Positions 16,166-26,481 of a stretch of DNA of 58,197 nt are shown in pieces. Each line of letters opens with the position of its first letter. Positions within the stretch are counted from its first letter, which is position 1. The notes under the pieces were generated by a model, which saw only the letters and a list, made by a program, of their open reading frames with translations, was not told the origin of the DNA and did no database searches. The stretch spans positions 1 through 58,197 of the forward strand of contig JBAYIQ010000005.1 of the NCBI GenBank assembly GCA_041665545.1. The letters run 5' to 3'. The position numbers and the translations under genes are program-made. This DNA is from Patescibacteria group bacterium (lineage in GTDB: Bacteria; Patescibacteriota; Patescibacteriia; UBA1558; GWA2-36-10).

Positions 16166-16573
16166 TCAATGCTCCCCAAAAATATTACTATACATAATAA
16201 CTGATCGTTGCTTCATGAAAATACCCCAAACCGTAAAAACATAAGCTACTACCATACTAATGATCATGACCAGCAAAGAATTTTCAAAAGCATCAATCAA
16301 ATAACGGATGAAAATTGGGAACATGGCGGAAATGGAAAAAATCAGCAGAGCATTGCGAACTTGAAACAATTCGGTGTGCTGAGCTGGCTTTTTTTTGTGG
16401 GTAAATGACCTGATAATCCAGATCAATAAAAAAATCCACAAAAAATTACCCAATATCATGCCTATTACACCGCCAAGATCCCCACTCCACATGACATCGG
16501 AAAAAGATATAAATATCAAACCAACGGAAAAAATCAGCAGAGGCCAAATAAAAATAAATGTTAGTATATCCAT
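16166..16573 (-). CDS. Hypothetical membrane protein (135 aa)
   Basis: Six-frame ORF with hydrophobic helices. Confidence 0.45.
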   Translation of the reverse strand: MDILTFIFIWPLLIFSVGLIFISFSDVMWSGDLGGVIGMILGNFLWIFLLIWIIRSFTHKKKPAQHTELFQVRNALLIFSISAMFPIFIRYLIDAFENSLLVMIISMVVAYVFTVWGIFMKQRSVIMYSNIFGEH

Positions 16574-16627
16574 ATATTTATATTATACCACTGTGAGAAC
16601 AGCTGTAAACTAACACTGTGGATAAAA

Positions 16628-18253
16628 CTACTTAATAATTAATCTTCCCTGATCAAAACTTAGCCACTTGACTGTCCCCTGTCGCAGTGCTGAGAGCAAC
16701 TCTGCTTCTGGCATAAGACGCGCTAGATCTGCGGTATAATTTTGATAATTATAATGCCACAATTCAAAATATACTTGATTGACTGTGATGGAGGTCAAAC
16801 CAGTAACTACAAAACTGCGATCAATGCTTTCCAAAAACCAACCCCGCTCATCAGCGCGCCAACGCAACAAATGTTGATTTACATTATAATTTTTTAGTTG
16901 CACATAAACCGGCAAAGACATAATCTGCGGATGACTGTCCGGGTAATATAACTCCAGGGCTTGCTGTAAATTATTTCTAAACACTTCCGCGCCCTGCAAG
17001 TTATCCGGCAAAGCCACGCTGATTACTTTGGTATCTGGCTCAAGGTGTAAGTCGGCATAACTGGCTACTATCTGCCGACTTAAAGCACCGGCCTTTGACC
17101 AAATTATATTTTTATCATTGATAATCACCATTGAACAAATTGCCATAAAAAATATTATAGCCATTTTTTTGCTAATAGTCAGTTTCAGATCAGCCAACAA
17201 AGAAATAAACCAAATCACAAAAAAAACTGTCGGCAAATACAAATATCTTTCTCCGGCAAATGTCGTGCGATGCAAACCCAAGGGTAAGACTGGCAAGCAG
17301 CTTAAGATCAATAAAAGAAAAAAATAAAGCCGTTGCTTGTTTTTGTAACGCCACAAATAAAATATGTAAAATATCAAAAACAAGACAAAGGCCCCAGCCA
17401 AACCCCAAGAATAATGATACCAAACTTTATAAAAAATGGTTTGAAAATAACCGGCACTTGGCCAAGCTAAAAAAATAATGGCTAAATTTCCTAACCATTC
17501 GTTTATCTTCAAACCCAAACTGGCTTGACCATAATAACCAAACAATTGCCCAGTAGCTTGCCAGCGTAAAATGAAAAAAATAATTAACCAGAAAAAATAA
17601 GGCAATATCTTTTTGCTAAATATTTTATTTTTTAAATATAAATTAATAAAAATAATAGCCAACGGCAGGGTCATGACAATCTCTTTGCAAAGTAACCCCA
17701 AAACAAAAAAAGTAATTGATAAAAATAGAGCTAGACGTTTTTTGGTTTCAGAAAATTTCAAGTAAAATATCAAGGACAATAAATAAAACAAAGTGCCAAA
17801 AAGATGCGGCCAGGCCGCAATCCAAGAAATGGCCTCAACTTGCACTGGCCACAACAGAAAAAACAAGCCACACAAACTAGCCCAATAAGCGGCTCTAGCT
17901 TGATACTGACCTAATAATTTTTTGGCCAAAACATAGACCAACCAAGCATTAGTAGCGTGCAAGAATATGCTAATCGCGTGATACCACTGATAATGCAAGC
18001 CAAAAAATTTCACTGCTATCTTCCAAAAAATAAACAAAAGTGGATTATAAGAGCCACCAAGTTTCAGGCCCTCGTAATTAGTAATAAAAATCGACCAATC
18101 CCAAGACCGACTTTTGGCTAATGACAACCAATGAAAATCGTCACTAACAAAAAAATTGCTCAACACTCTAAAATACAAAAGAAAAACCACTAATAAATAA
18201 CAAAACCAAATAAACATTTGGTTTTGATATAGTTTTAATAACTTGTTGCGCAT
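16628..18253 (-). CDS. Large polytopic membrane protein, possibly a GT-C-fold glycosyltransferase (PMT/ArnT-like)
   Basis: More than 10 predicted helices. A DDFHWL acidic motif sits in the first loop. The C-terminal ~150 aa are soluble. The family assignment is tentative. Confidence 0.4.
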   Translation of the reverse strand: MRNKLLKLYQNQMFIWFCYLLVVFLLYFRVLSNFFVSDDFHWLSLAKSRSWDWSIFITNYEGLKLGGSYNPLLFIFWKIAVKFFGLHYQWYHAISIFLHATNAWLVYVLAKKLLGQYQARAAYWASLCGLFFLLWPVQVEAISWIAAWPHLFGTLFYLLSLIFYLKFSETKKRLALFLSITFFVLGLLCKEIVMTLPLAIIFINLYLKNKIFSKKILPYFFWLIIFFILRWQATGQLFGYYGQASLGLKINEWLGNLAIIFLAWPSAGYFQTIFYKVWYHYSWGLAGAFVLFLIFYIFYLWRYKNKQRLYFFLLLILSCLPVLPLGLHRTTFAGERYLYLPTVFFVIWFISLLADLKLTISKKMAIIFFMAICSMVIINDKNIIWSKAGALSRQIVASYADLHLEPDTKVISVALPDNLQGAEVFRNNLQQALELYYPDSHPQIMSLPVYVQLKNYNVNQHLLRWRADERGWFLESIDRSFVVTGLTSITVNQVYFELWHYNYQNYTADLARLMPEAELLSALRQGTVKWLSFDQGRLIIK

Positions 18254-18254
18254 T

Positions 18255-18713
18255 TTAAAACACTAAAGCTGTAAAAAATATGGTTACTAGAATTTGAAAA
18301 GTAAGTCCAAAGGGCATAGTAAAATCATAACCAATCAAATTGTGCACTTTGACATGTAATCTATTGTACCAGCCCATAAATTTTAGATGCAGATAATCAC
18401 TAGCCATCCAAATCCAATCAGGTATCCAGGAGCCAACCAAGGCGGCTGCCAAAACATATTGATTAAAATCAATCTGGGAAGTCAAAAAAGAAAATATCAA
18501 TATTGCTGAAAAGACAACATCAACCGCGGCAATCTTAAGCTCAAAAATTTTCTGCTCGTGCTCATTTTTTTTGTGATAATCAAAATCACTATCGCCGTGC
18601 GGTAAAAAATCCAAAAAAAAGTGCATAGCAAAACCGAGCAAAAAAGCCAGCCAAGGATTGACCAACCTAGTGGTCAGCCACAAGGCCACAGAAGTATGGG
18701 CCGTCATAAACAT
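18255..18713 (-). CDS. Hypothetical membrane protein (152 aa)
   Basis: Six-frame ORF with His/Asp-containing hydrophobic segments. Confidence 0.4.
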   Translation of the reverse strand: MFMTAHTSVALWLTTRLVNPWLAFLLGFAMHFFLDFLPHGDSDFDYHKKNEHEQKIFELKIAAVDVVFSAILIFSFLTSQIDFNQYVLAAALVGSWIPDWIWMASDYLHLKFMGWYNRLHVKVHNLIGYDFTMPFGLTFQILVTIFFTALVF

Positions 18714-18732
18714 ATATGTAGGTAGCTAATAG

Positions 18733-20031
18733 TTAATAATCTCTAAGTTTGCGCATATCCTCATGCTTTTTGATGCGCTCTAGAGCTTTGGCCTCAATTT
18801 GCCTGATGCGCTCTCTGGTCACTCCAAATTCCTGACCCACCTCTTCCAAGGTGTGCGCCACGCCATCAGTCAAACCAAAGCGCATTTCTAGAATTTTTTG
18901 CTCGCGCGGAGTCAAATCCTGAATAACATGACGAACATGATCGCTTAATAGTTTCATAGCCGCCACGCGATCGGGACTGATATTTTTTTCATCCTCAATA
19001 AAATCACCCAAAGTGCTGTCATCGTCATCATCACCAACCGAAGCTTCTAGAGAAACCGTCTCTTGGGAAATCTTGATAATCTGTCTGATCTTATCAATAT
19101 CCTCGCCCATCTCCACAGCAATCTCCTCAGGTAGTGGATCACGACCCAGTTCTTGCACCAGACGACGCTCAATTTGATTAAAGCGATTGATGGTTTCAAC
19201 CATGTGCACGGGAATGCGAATAGTGCGTGACTGATCAGCCAGAGCGCGAGTGATAGCTTGTCTAATCCACCAAGTAGCATAAGTAGAAAATTTGAAACCC
19301 TTACGATAATCAAATTTTTCTACGGCTCGAAACAGACCAATATTACCCTCTTGAATAAGATCCAATAGAGTCAAAGAACGGCCAGTAAATTTTTTGGCAA
19401 TACTGACTACCAATCTCAAGTTGGACTCAATCAATTTTTTCTTGGCTTCCAAGTCGCCTTTTTCTTTGCGCTTGGCCAGCATCATTTCTTCTTCTTGCAC
19501 TAGTAGTGTCACCTTGCCAATCTCCCGCAAATACATCTGAATAGAGTCAGCGGCAATGTCGGTCAGATCACCACGCTTTTCATCAGCTTGGATACCTGAT
19601 TTGGACACAATGTCCTCGCCCTTGATACCGGAATCCAAAATATTGCCTTCAGTGGAAATTACCTGAATAGCCAAATCTTCTAATTTATCCAAAAATTCTT
19701 CGTACTTACCAATGTAATCTTCCACATCAGTAAAGGTGCGTAAAATTTCCTCTTGAGTAACGAAGCCTCGAGAGTGAGTTTTTTTTAGCAAAGCTTGAAT
19801 AACCTCATCGCTAATCTCAGCTTTGGGGCTTTTTACTTTGACTATTACTTTACTTTTTTTAGTGACTAATTTTTTTGCGGGCTTAGTCTTCTTGAGGCCC
19901 AAATTTTTTTTCGCCGATTTTTTTTTCGGCGTTGCTTTTGCCTTGTGCGGCTTGGGTCTGCTGTGTTTAACAGCAGTTTTGAGTTTTTTATTCAATTTTT
20001 TGTGGCTTTTGGCCTTTTTTACAGTCGTCAT
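18733..20031 (-). CDS. rpoD: RNA polymerase sigma-70 factor RpoD with Lys-rich N-terminal extension
   Basis: Region 2 motifs [37 protein letters not shown]. Region 4 [18 protein letters not shown]. Confidence 0.9.
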   Translation of the reverse strand: MTTVKKAKSHKKLNKKLKTAVKHSRPKPHKAKATPKKKSAKKNLGLKKTKPAKKLVTKKSKVIVKVKSPKAEISDEVIQALLKKTHSRGFVTQEEILRTFTDVEDYIGKYEEFLDKLEDLAIQVISTEGNILDSGIKGEDIVSKSGIQADEKRGDLTDIAADSIQMYLREIGKVTLLVQEEEMMLAKRKEKGDLEAKKKLIESNLRLVVSIAKKFTGRSLTLLDLIQEGNIGLFRAVEKFDYRKGFKFSTYATWWIRQAITRALADQSRTIRIPVHMVETINRFNQIERRLVQELGRDPLPEEIAVEMGEDIDKIRQIIKISQETVSLEASVGDDDDDSTLGDFIEDEKNISPDRVAAMKLLSDHVRHVIQDLTPREQKILEMRFGLTDGVAHTLEEVGQEFGVTRERIRQIEAKALERIKKHEDMRKLRDY

Positions 20032-21818
20032 TAGCGCTGTAGTTTAGTTATTTCCTTATTTAATAAATTAATTTTATGGGTAATTTGGTCTTGAGTTATT
20101 GTGTCATTTTTTAGTTCGGCCTGACGCAATTGCTCAATCAAAAGCTGACGGCGCTCTTGGAATCTGTTGCTTTTCAATCTTTCCAGAGAAACATTGAAAT
20201 TGCTGTCTAGCTCCTGACCCGATAAATCAGCCATGTTTTGCTCAGCTGACATTAGTAGACGAATATACTGCTGTTTGGCCTCGACTTCCAGTTCGGGCCA
20301 ATCAATAAAATTATCTAAATTATGTTGCTTAGTATAATAGATTATTACCTTTCTGTAAAGATCTAGCAAGTCCGCTTCCATCATTTCTGGCTCCAGCTCA
20401 TTGACCAGGCGCTCCAGATAATTGTTTCGAAAAAATACAATTCCTAATAATTCTTCACTCAAAAAACTGACACTTGGTTTTTTGATGGCTATGACTTTCT
20501 TTTCGGGGCGAACATTTTCCAAGAAACTGCTGACTTGCTTGAGATCACTTTGCAAAATATCTAAAGGCAAATGCAACTTGTCAGCCAATAATTGCAAATA
20601 ATGAGATTGTTCAACCGCGCTTTTTAAATATTTTATAATCGGTAATAATTTTTGCACGGCTATTTTTTTGTGATCAGCCCGATTCAAGTCCACACCAGAT
20701 AAAATTCGCTGAAAATAATAATCCATCACTTGTATAGAATCACGCACCAATTTCAGCCATAAATTTTTATCGCTCTTTACTATGTCAGCTGGATCTTGAT
20801 TTTGTGGCAAGACCAAAATTTTCATATTCATTTCTTGAGCCCAGGCCAAAGTAATACTGCGCAAAGCGGCATTGGAGCCAGCTGTGTCACCATCAAAAGC
20901 CAAAATAACATTGTTGGTATAGCGCTTGATCAACTTCAAGTGATCAATGGTTAAAGCTGTGCCAGAAACTGCCACGGTATTAGTAGTGCCAGCTTGCTGA
21001 CTCAAAATCGCGTCAAGATTGCCTTCCACAATAATCAAATAATTTTTTTGCTTGATGGTGGCTTTGGCCAAGTGCCAACCATACAGTATTTTGCTTTTGT
21101 CATAAATATTGGTTTGCGGACTATTGATATACTTGCCACCAAAATCTTCGTCATGATAAACAATACCCTGCAAAGTGCGCGAAGTAAAAGCCACCACTCG
21201 CCCAGCTGTATCAAATATTGGAAACATCAGTCGCTTGCGAAAGCGATCCACGTAGCCACTGCCATCTTTTTTCTTTACTGAAATGCCAGCTTGAAAAATA
21301 TCGGTATCCGAAAATTTCTTGGCTTTCAAATACTGCAGAGCTTCATCCCAAGACTCGGTACTTAAGCCCAGACCCCATTTTTTTATACTGTCCGTAGTCA
21401 AACCCCGAGACAAAAGATAGTCCAAAACTTTGGCGCTGGTTTCATTTTTATCAAAAAGATTGCTCTGATATTTTTCCGCAATCAAATGATTTATTTCAAA
21501 CAAAAGATTAAAATTTTCCTTGGGTAATGATTGATAGCCAGCCAAAGAAACATTGGCTTTCTCGGCCAACAGCTTGATGGCTTCCGAAAAACTCAAACCC
21601 TCATATTCTTGAATAAAAGTAAAAATATCTCCGCCCTTGCCACAGCCAAAACAATGCCAAATTTGCTTTTCCCGAGAAACCATAAAACTGGCGGTCTTTT
21701 CATTATGAAAGGGACAACGCGCTTTGAGGTTGGAGCCAGTCGAATTCAAGGTGATATATGTGGAGATAATGTCGGCTACATCCAACTTGGCTTTTATTTC
21801 TTCAACCGGGTTCTGCAT
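20031..21818 (-). CDS. dnaG: DNA primase DnaG
   Basis: Zinc-binding [11 protein letters not shown]...[10 protein letters not shown]. Toprim region EGNLDAIL...FDGDTAG. Confidence 0.9.
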   Translation of the reverse strand: MQNPVEEIKAKLDVADIISTYITLNSTGSNLKARCPFHNEKTASFMVSREKQIWHCFGCGKGGDIFTFIQEYEGLSFSEAIKLLAEKANVSLAGYQSLPKENFNLLFEINHLIAEKYQSNLFDKNETSAKVLDYLLSRGLTTDSIKKWGLGLSTESWDEALQYLKAKKFSDTDIFQAGISVKKKDGSGYVDRFRKRLMFPIFDTAGRVVAFTSRTLQGIVYHDEDFGGKYINSPQTNIYDKSKILYGWHLAKATIKQKNYLIIVEGNLDAILSQQAGTTNTVAVSGTALTIDHLKLIKRYTNNVILAFDGDTAGSNAALRSITLAWAQEMNMKILVLPQNQDPADIVKSDKNLWLKLVRDSIQVMDYYFQRILSGVDLNRADHKKIAVQKLLPIIKYLKSAVEQSHYLQLLADKLHLPLDILQSDLKQVSSFLENVRPEKKVIAIKKPSVSFLSEELLGIVFFRNNYLERLVNELEPEMMEADLLDLYRKVIIYYTKQHNLDNFIDWPELEVEAKQQYIRLLMSAEQNMADLSGQELDSNFNVSLERLKSNRFQERRQLLIEQLRQAELKNDTITQDQITHKINLLNKEITKLQR

Positions 21819-21928
21819 CCCGTTAGAAATTTAAATAATTAAACATATAACTAAAAAAATAAAATTTATCAATAAACCCATTATTTTTTCCACTAAACCT
21901 AGTTTAATGAATTTCTAACGGGATGCAT
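21816..21928. repeat. E2: ~113-bp element with terminal inverted repeats (catcccgttagaaattt ... aatttctaacgggatgcat); left arm overlaps the dnaG ATG, right arm abuts the GC-rich island
   Basis: Shares the 23-nt extension gttagaaatttaaataattaaac with E3. Confidence 0.65.
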
Positions 21929-21962
21929 AAGCTTATATTAGGTGAAATACGATTTTTAGTCA

Positions 21963-21995
21963 AAAAGAAAGGCGCTCGAGAGGGGTTTCTCGAGC
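21963..21995 (-). terminator. Terminator hairpin (11-bp stem ggcgctcgaga/tctcgagcgcc) with T-run on the minus strand
   Basis: Lies directly downstream of island ORF 22028..22444. Confidence 0.55.
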
Positions 21996-22027
21996 GCCGT
22001 GGATTGTTGTCGGCTACTGGCCCGCGC

Positions 22028-22444
22028 CTAGGCGTGGACCTGGTAGACCGAATTGCCCCGAGCCGACTTCCAGCTGTCCGCCGATCCGTCGCGGACCAGC
22101 GCTTCGAGGTTGGACCTCACCAACTGGAACAGAAAGAAGTTCCGCTTCTCCCACCGATAGAGGCGCCGCATGACCATGCCAGCGGTCATGGGATGCCTCG
22201 CCCTCTGCATGAGCACGAGCACGCGCTCGCTCATGGGCTGATCGACCATGATCGGCGTGAACTTGACCTCGATGGCCACACCGTCCAGTTCTCCGACGGC
22301 GAGGATCGACGCCGGACGACGATCGCGCGCCCTGCGGATGAACCTCTCGGCCACGGGGAAGACCTTCCCAGCGAAGATCGCGGGCACAGTGATCGAAAGC
22401 ATGATGATGGCGATGATGAGCACGAAAATCTCGATCGGATTCAT
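22028..22444 (-). CDS. Membrane-anchored hypothetical protein (138 aa) in the GC-rich island
   Basis: GGAGG lies 5 nt before ATG. N-terminal TM helix IEIFVLIIAIIMLSITVPAIFAG followed by an Arg-rich soluble domain. The overlapping plus-strand ORF 21923..22534 was rejected. Confidence 0.55.
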   Translation of the reverse strand: MNPIEIFVLIIAIIMLSITVPAIFAGKVFPVAERFIRRARDRRPASILAVGELDGVAIEVKFTPIMVDQPMSERVLVLMQRARHPMTAGMVMRRLYRWEKRNFFLFQLVRSNLEALVRDGSADSWKSARGNSVYQVHA

Positions 22445-22596
22445 GACGCCTCCAATGGCTTGGGACCAGGAACAGTGACCTATATCACATTCATTGGCCT
22501 TTTATGGCCAAAATGCTTCGAAATTAATGCTTGATGAACTGTAAAACAGTATATCATAGCACAAAAAATAAAAGTTGTCAAGCCACGGTTAAAAAT

Positions 22597-22627
22597 AACC
22601 TTCGAGGTTGCCATAACCTCGAAGGTT
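22597..22627. promoter_or_regulatory. Perfect 13-bp inverted repeat AACCTTCGAGGTT-N5-AACCTCGAAGGTT between divergent island genes
   Basis: Seen directly. It lies ~55 nt upstream of a TTGACA-N16-TAGTAT promoter-like sequence at 22684..22711. Confidence 0.45.
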
Positions 22628-22869
22628 GGCCGTGTCTACTAGTATTGCACTGATTTGTTGAACCCACGCTACAAACACTTGACAAAATATTATTATTATG
22701 ATAGTATAAAATGTTTTGACCAAATAGCAAAAAATTGAGCTTTTGGTTAAACCAAAAGTTCTTTGAAATGTCATACATCACTCGTAAAAACAACTAATAA
22801 GATCGAGTTTTCTGTCCACAAATCCTATGGCCACAGTGTCAGTGCAACCACGTAACGAAAGGAGTTTCG

Positions 22870-23460
22870 ATGGAACACCAGCAGACCTTCTGGCACATGC
22901 TGGGGAACGACGTGGGGATGATGACGTTCGCCGTTCTGGGCTTCATTGGCGGAGTGTTCACTTTGATCACTCTGGCCTTCGGCCACGGCGACCACAACAT
23001 CGACCACGACTTCAGCGCGGGCGACCACGACTTCAGCGCGGGCGACCACGACAACAACGCCGGCCCGAACGTGTTCTCGTTCCGCAACATCATGCTCTTC
23101 GTCACCGGCTTCGGTGGAATCGGCATGCTGGCCAAGTACCATGGCGCAAGCTTCATTGTGAGCAGCCTCTGGGGCGCTTTCTCTGGCTTCATCATGGCAT
23201 TCGTCGGCTACCTGATCTACCGCGCCCTGTACAAGAGCCAGGCGACCTCGCACATCGACAACTGTTCGCTGTGCGGTTCGATCGCTCTGGTCGAACAGGC
23301 CATCGTCGCTAACGGCATGGGTATCATCGTGGCCGGAGGCGAGATTGGCCACCTCGTTCGCCTCCAAGCCAGAACGAAGGAAGGAACCCCGGTCGCAAAC
23401 GGCCGACAGGTCCGCATCCTGAATATCAACGGGACCGAAGCTCTGGTCGAGGCCCTCTAA
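22870..23460 (+). CDS. NfeD-like membrane protein (YqiJ-type: TM region + C-terminal OB-fold)
   Basis: AAGGAG RBS. Hydrophobic N-terminal half with HD repeats. C-terminal domain VANGMGIIVAGGEIGHLVRLQ...GRQVRILNINGTEALV. Lies immediately upstream of an SPFH protein. Confidence 0.7.
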   Translation: MEHQQTFWHMLGNDVGMMTFAVLGFIGGVFTLITLAFGHGDHNIDHDFSAGDHDFSAGDHDNNAGPNVFSFRNIMLFVTGFGGIGMLAKYHGASFIVSSLWGAFSGFIMAFVGYLIYRALYKSQATSHIDNCSLCGSIALVEQAIVANGMGIIVAGGEIGHLVRLQARTKEGTPVANGRQVRILNINGTEALVEAL

Positions 23461-23503
23461 TCCCTGCTCCAACACACCACCGTCTTCCCAAAGGAGTATC
23501 AAG

Positions 23504-25228
23504 ATGGAACAGTCCGCACACTTCATGCAGTACCTGATCCCCGCGATCATCCTGTTCGTGCTGATCGCCTTTCTGGGTGTGATCCGCCTGGCGGCCAAGA
23601 ACTACATCAAGGTGGCCCCGAACGAGGTGGCCATCATCAGCGGCAGCCGTCACAAGACGACGGTCACGCTGCCCGGCAAGGAGAACGAGCCCCCCACTAC
23701 GGTGGTGCGCGGATACAAGCTGGTCACCGGTGGCGCCTTCTTCAAGGTGCCGATCCGCGATCGGGTCGAGATCATGAAGCTCAATCTGATCCAGATCATT
23801 GTCCAGGTCACCAACGTGCCCGCCCTCAACGGCGTGCGCGTGACGGTCAAGGGCATCGCCAACATCAAGATCCTCTCCGACCAGGCCTCCCTGGCTCTGG
23901 CCGTGGAGCGCTTCCTGGGGAACAACCTCAGCGAAGTGGAACGTGTGGCCAATCAGAACCTGGAGTCCAACCTCCGCGCCGTCGTCGGCACGATGACGGT
24001 CGAGGATCTGATCCGGGACCGGGCACAGCTCCAGGCCCAGATCCTCCGGGAAGCGGTCAGCGACATGTCCAAGATGGGTCTCGGTGTGGACCTGATGAAC
24101 GTCCAGGAGATCACGGACGAGAACGGGTACATCGAGGCCCTGGGCATGGCGCGAACCGCCGAGGTCAAGCGCGACGCAACCATCGGCAAAGCCGAGGCCC
24201 AGCGTGACGCCGACATCCGTTCCGCGGAAGCCGGACGGCTGGGCGAGACGGCCAAGGCCGTGGCTGCACAAGCCATCTCGGATGCGCAGAAGGCCAAGGA
24301 TATCCGCGTTGCCGAGAACGAGAGTCTGGTCAAGGCACAGCAGGCCAGGATCCCGATCATTGCGGAGCAGGCTCGAGCCGAGGAACAGAAGGCGCTCAAC
24401 ATCAAGACCGTCGAGGCCGATCGTGCCAAGACCGAAGCCGAGATCGCCCTGCAGCAAGCGGCTCAGCGCCGGCACGAGGCCGAGCTGAACGCAACTACGA
24501 TCATTCGGGCCACGAAGGACAAGGAGGCCCTAGTCATCGCTGCCGAGGCCAAGGCCCTGGCGGCGGAACGGGAAGGCGAAGCCTACCGCATCCAGCACGA
24601 GATGGAAGGCAAAGGTGACCAGGCCAAGCTGACTGCTGTGGCTCAGGGACGCAAGGAAGCGGCGGCGGCTACCCAGACCGAACTGGAAGCCGCGGCTGCC
24701 GGTAAGAAGGCCGGACTGCTGGCTGACGCCGAGGGTGTCAAGCAGAACGGTCTGGCCAGGGCTGCCGGAGTCGAAGCCGTTGGTGTGGCTGAGGCCACGG
24801 CTTCGGCCAAGAAGGCTGAGGCTTACACCCTGCTTGATGCCAAGGGCATCATGCTCATGCTGCTCCAGCTGTCGCCGGACGTCATCAAGGCGCTCGGCGT
24901 GGCTGTCGGCGACGCCATCAAGCCGTCGGCAGATGCCATCGGACAGGGCCTGGGTAACATCAAGGAACTGCGCATGGTGGATCTGGGTGGCGGTTCGGCT
25001 GGCGGGGCTGGCGGGGGCAATGTCCTCAATCAGTTCGTCAACCAGCCCATCCAGACCTTGTATGGCCTGATCGAACGGATGAAGGCCACGGGCATGGCAC
25101 CGGCGTTCATGAAGCTGGCCAAGGAGAAGCTCGGGCTGGATCTCACGGACGTCTTCGCTGGTGCTCCTACCCAGACGACGTCGGACGACACGCACAAGAA
25201 GGGTGGTGATGACACGGCTACGGCTTAG
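23504..25228 (+). CDS. Flotillin-like SPFH/band-7 protein (YqiK-like) with Ala/Glu-rich coiled-coil
   Basis: N-terminal TM helix, SPFH core (KVPIRDRVEIMKLNLIQI...LMNVQEITDENGYIEALG) and an extended EA-rich repeat region. Confidence 0.85.
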   Translation: MEQSAHFMQYLIPAIILFVLIAFLGVIRLAAKNYIKVAPNEVAIISGSRHKTTVTLPGKENEPPTTVVRGYKLVTGGAFFKVPIRDRVEIMKLNLIQIIVQVTNVPALNGVRVTVKGIANIKILSDQASLALAVERFLGNNLSEVERVANQNLESNLRAVVGTMTVEDLIRDRAQLQAQILREAVSDMSKMGLGVDLMNVQEITDENGYIEALGMARTAEVKRDATIGKAEAQRDADIRSAEAGRLGETAKAVAAQAISDAQKAKDIRVAENESLVKAQQARIPIIAEQARAEEQKALNIKTVEADRAKTEAEIALQQAAQRRHEAELNATTIIRATKDKEALVIAAEAKALAAEREGEAYRIQHEMEGKGDQAKLTAVAQGRKEAAAATQTELEAAAAGKKAGLLADAEGVKQNGLARAAGVEAVGVAEATASAKKAEAYTLLDAKGIMLMLLQLSPDVIKALGVAVGDAIKPSADAIGQGLGNIKELRMVDLGGGSAGGAGGGNVLNQFVNQPIQTLYGLIERMKATGMAPAFMKLAKEKLGLDLTDVFAGAPTQTTSDDTHKKGGDDTATA

Positions 25229-25320
25229 TAGAACTGACTGTCTCTGACGGTCTGAACTCTGAGCCAAAGCTTTCATAGAGGGGAGGCGGTGCTACACAGC
25301 ACCGCCTCCCACTCCAAAAC

Positions 25321-25359
25321 AAGAGGGATCTTTCGTAACCCCTCTTTTTTTATTTTTTA
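25321..25359 (+). terminator. Rho-independent terminator after the flotillin gene
   Basis: Stem aagaggg/ccctctt followed by tttttatttttt. A separate 13-bp-stem hairpin at 25281..25310 has no T-run. Confidence 0.6.
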
Positions 25360-25405
25360 ACCAAAATAAAAAGGGTACTCCCTAATTACACTGTCAACAC
25401 AAAAA

Positions 25406-25456
25406 GACCCTGCACCGGAGCCACGTAAGTGGCGACTGGTACAGGGTCGATTTTTT
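25406..25456. terminator. Bidirectional terminator (nested hairpin gaccctg...cagggtc) flanked by A- and T-runs
   Basis: Serves plus-strand island transcripts and minus-strand ORF 25463..26422. Confidence 0.55.
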
Positions 25457-25462
25457 ATACTT

Positions 25463-26422
25463 TTATTTTACTGGCACTGGTGGCGCCACTTGAACTGGCG
25501 AACCATCCTTATTGAAGGCCTGCACTTTTTGAGTCAAACACTGATAGCCAATACCATGTGGCCAGCGCGTGTCATAATAATAAGCCATGTCTTTGTTTTG
25601 AGTGTTGGCTGAAGCGTCAGTCAAAAAAGTAGTGCACAATTCATACTCCCGATCGCCTTTGACCTGGTATTTAAAAATTTCTTGAGTCTTGGGGTTTTTT
25701 AATAAATCATCACTAATATATGTGTACTCTGCTTTTAGGGCGTTAAAATCCGCTGGTAATTTTTTATATGTTTGATAATAATTATTTAAATCCTGATCAA
25801 TCTGATAAAAATTATTAGTAACCCTTTGATCAATCTGTCTGTTTCTAGCTACTTGAGGAGATTCTACTATAAACAGCGAAGCCACAAAAGTGACAATAAT
25901 CACTGCCAGTGAAGCAAAAAAGTATATTTTTATAACACTGTCTTTATAGCCAGCAGTTTTTTCCCGTCTAATATCATAAAAATAAAAGGAAAAAACAATG
26001 CCCGAAATAACCAGAGTGGTTAAAGATTTGAGAATAATTTGAGTAGTCAAAGCGCCGTTTAAAAAATTGACCAGAATAGCAATCAGAGAGCCAATCATTA
26101 CTAAAAAGGCAATGAAGATGATTAAATAAGTCAACCATTTGCGCACGCCTGATTCTTTGTCTAGCTCGCCTTTGTACAAACTGCCATAAATAAACTTATT
26201 GCAAAAATAATAAGTTGGTGTGGCAATCACTAGTGAGGCGATAGCAAACTTTAAGATATCCGAAGAAAAAGCCGCATTGTTTTGACTCAAAATATCAACA
26301 ATATATTTGTTGATCAATTGAAAAATTATTTGTCCAACGTTGACGGACACGAAGCCCAAAGCCACCAACGCTAACAAATAAAGAAACGCAAACTTCGCTG
26401 AATTGTTTTTTGTGTTATCCAT
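25463..26422 (-). CDS. Hypothetical membrane protein (319 aa; ~5 TM plus C-terminal soluble domain)
   Basis: Six-frame ORF with hydrophobicity pattern. Confidence 0.5.
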   Translation of the reverse strand: MDNTKNNSAKFAFLYLLALVALGFVSVNVGQIIFQLINKYIVDILSQNNAAFSSDILKFAIASLVIATPTYYFCNKFIYGSLYKGELDKESGVRKWLTYLIIFIAFLVMIGSLIAILVNFLNGALTTQIILKSLTTLVISGIVFSFYFYDIRREKTAGYKDSVIKIYFFASLAVIIVTFVASLFIVESPQVARNRQIDQRVTNNFYQIDQDLNNYYQTYKKLPADFNALKAEYTYISDDLLKNPKTQEIFKYQVKGDREYELCTTFLTDASANTQNKDMAYYYDTRWPHGIGYQCLTQKVQAFNKDGSPVQVAPPVPVK

Positions 26423-26481
26423 ATTTTTTGGTTAATTATTAATAAAGTTAAAAAATCATAAAAATAAATCGCAAAAAAATA

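Noticed and set aside
21923-22534. 203-aa plus-strand ORF at the left end of the GC-rich island
   Set aside because: Arg/Gly/Asp/His-rich low-complexity translation typical of an off-frame read through GC-rich DNA. It has no RBS. It overlaps the better-supported minus-strand ORF 22028..22444, which has a GGAGG RBS and its own terminator.
22825-25276. Long minus-strand ORFs antisense to the NfeD and flotillin genes (22825..23598, 23426..24475, 23953..24429, 24530..25276 and others)
   Set aside because: These are GC-rich antisense frames with Arg/Ala/Gly-rich products and no recognisable domains. The plus-strand genes have unambiguous NfeD and SPFH signatures plus RBSs.
21926-25460. GC-rich island as a prophage or integrative element
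   Set aside because: No integrase, recombinase, capsid or terminase genes are present and there is no attachment-site duplication of a tRNA. The island holds only the flotillin/NfeD genes and a small membrane protein. Horizontal transfer or chimerism remain open.
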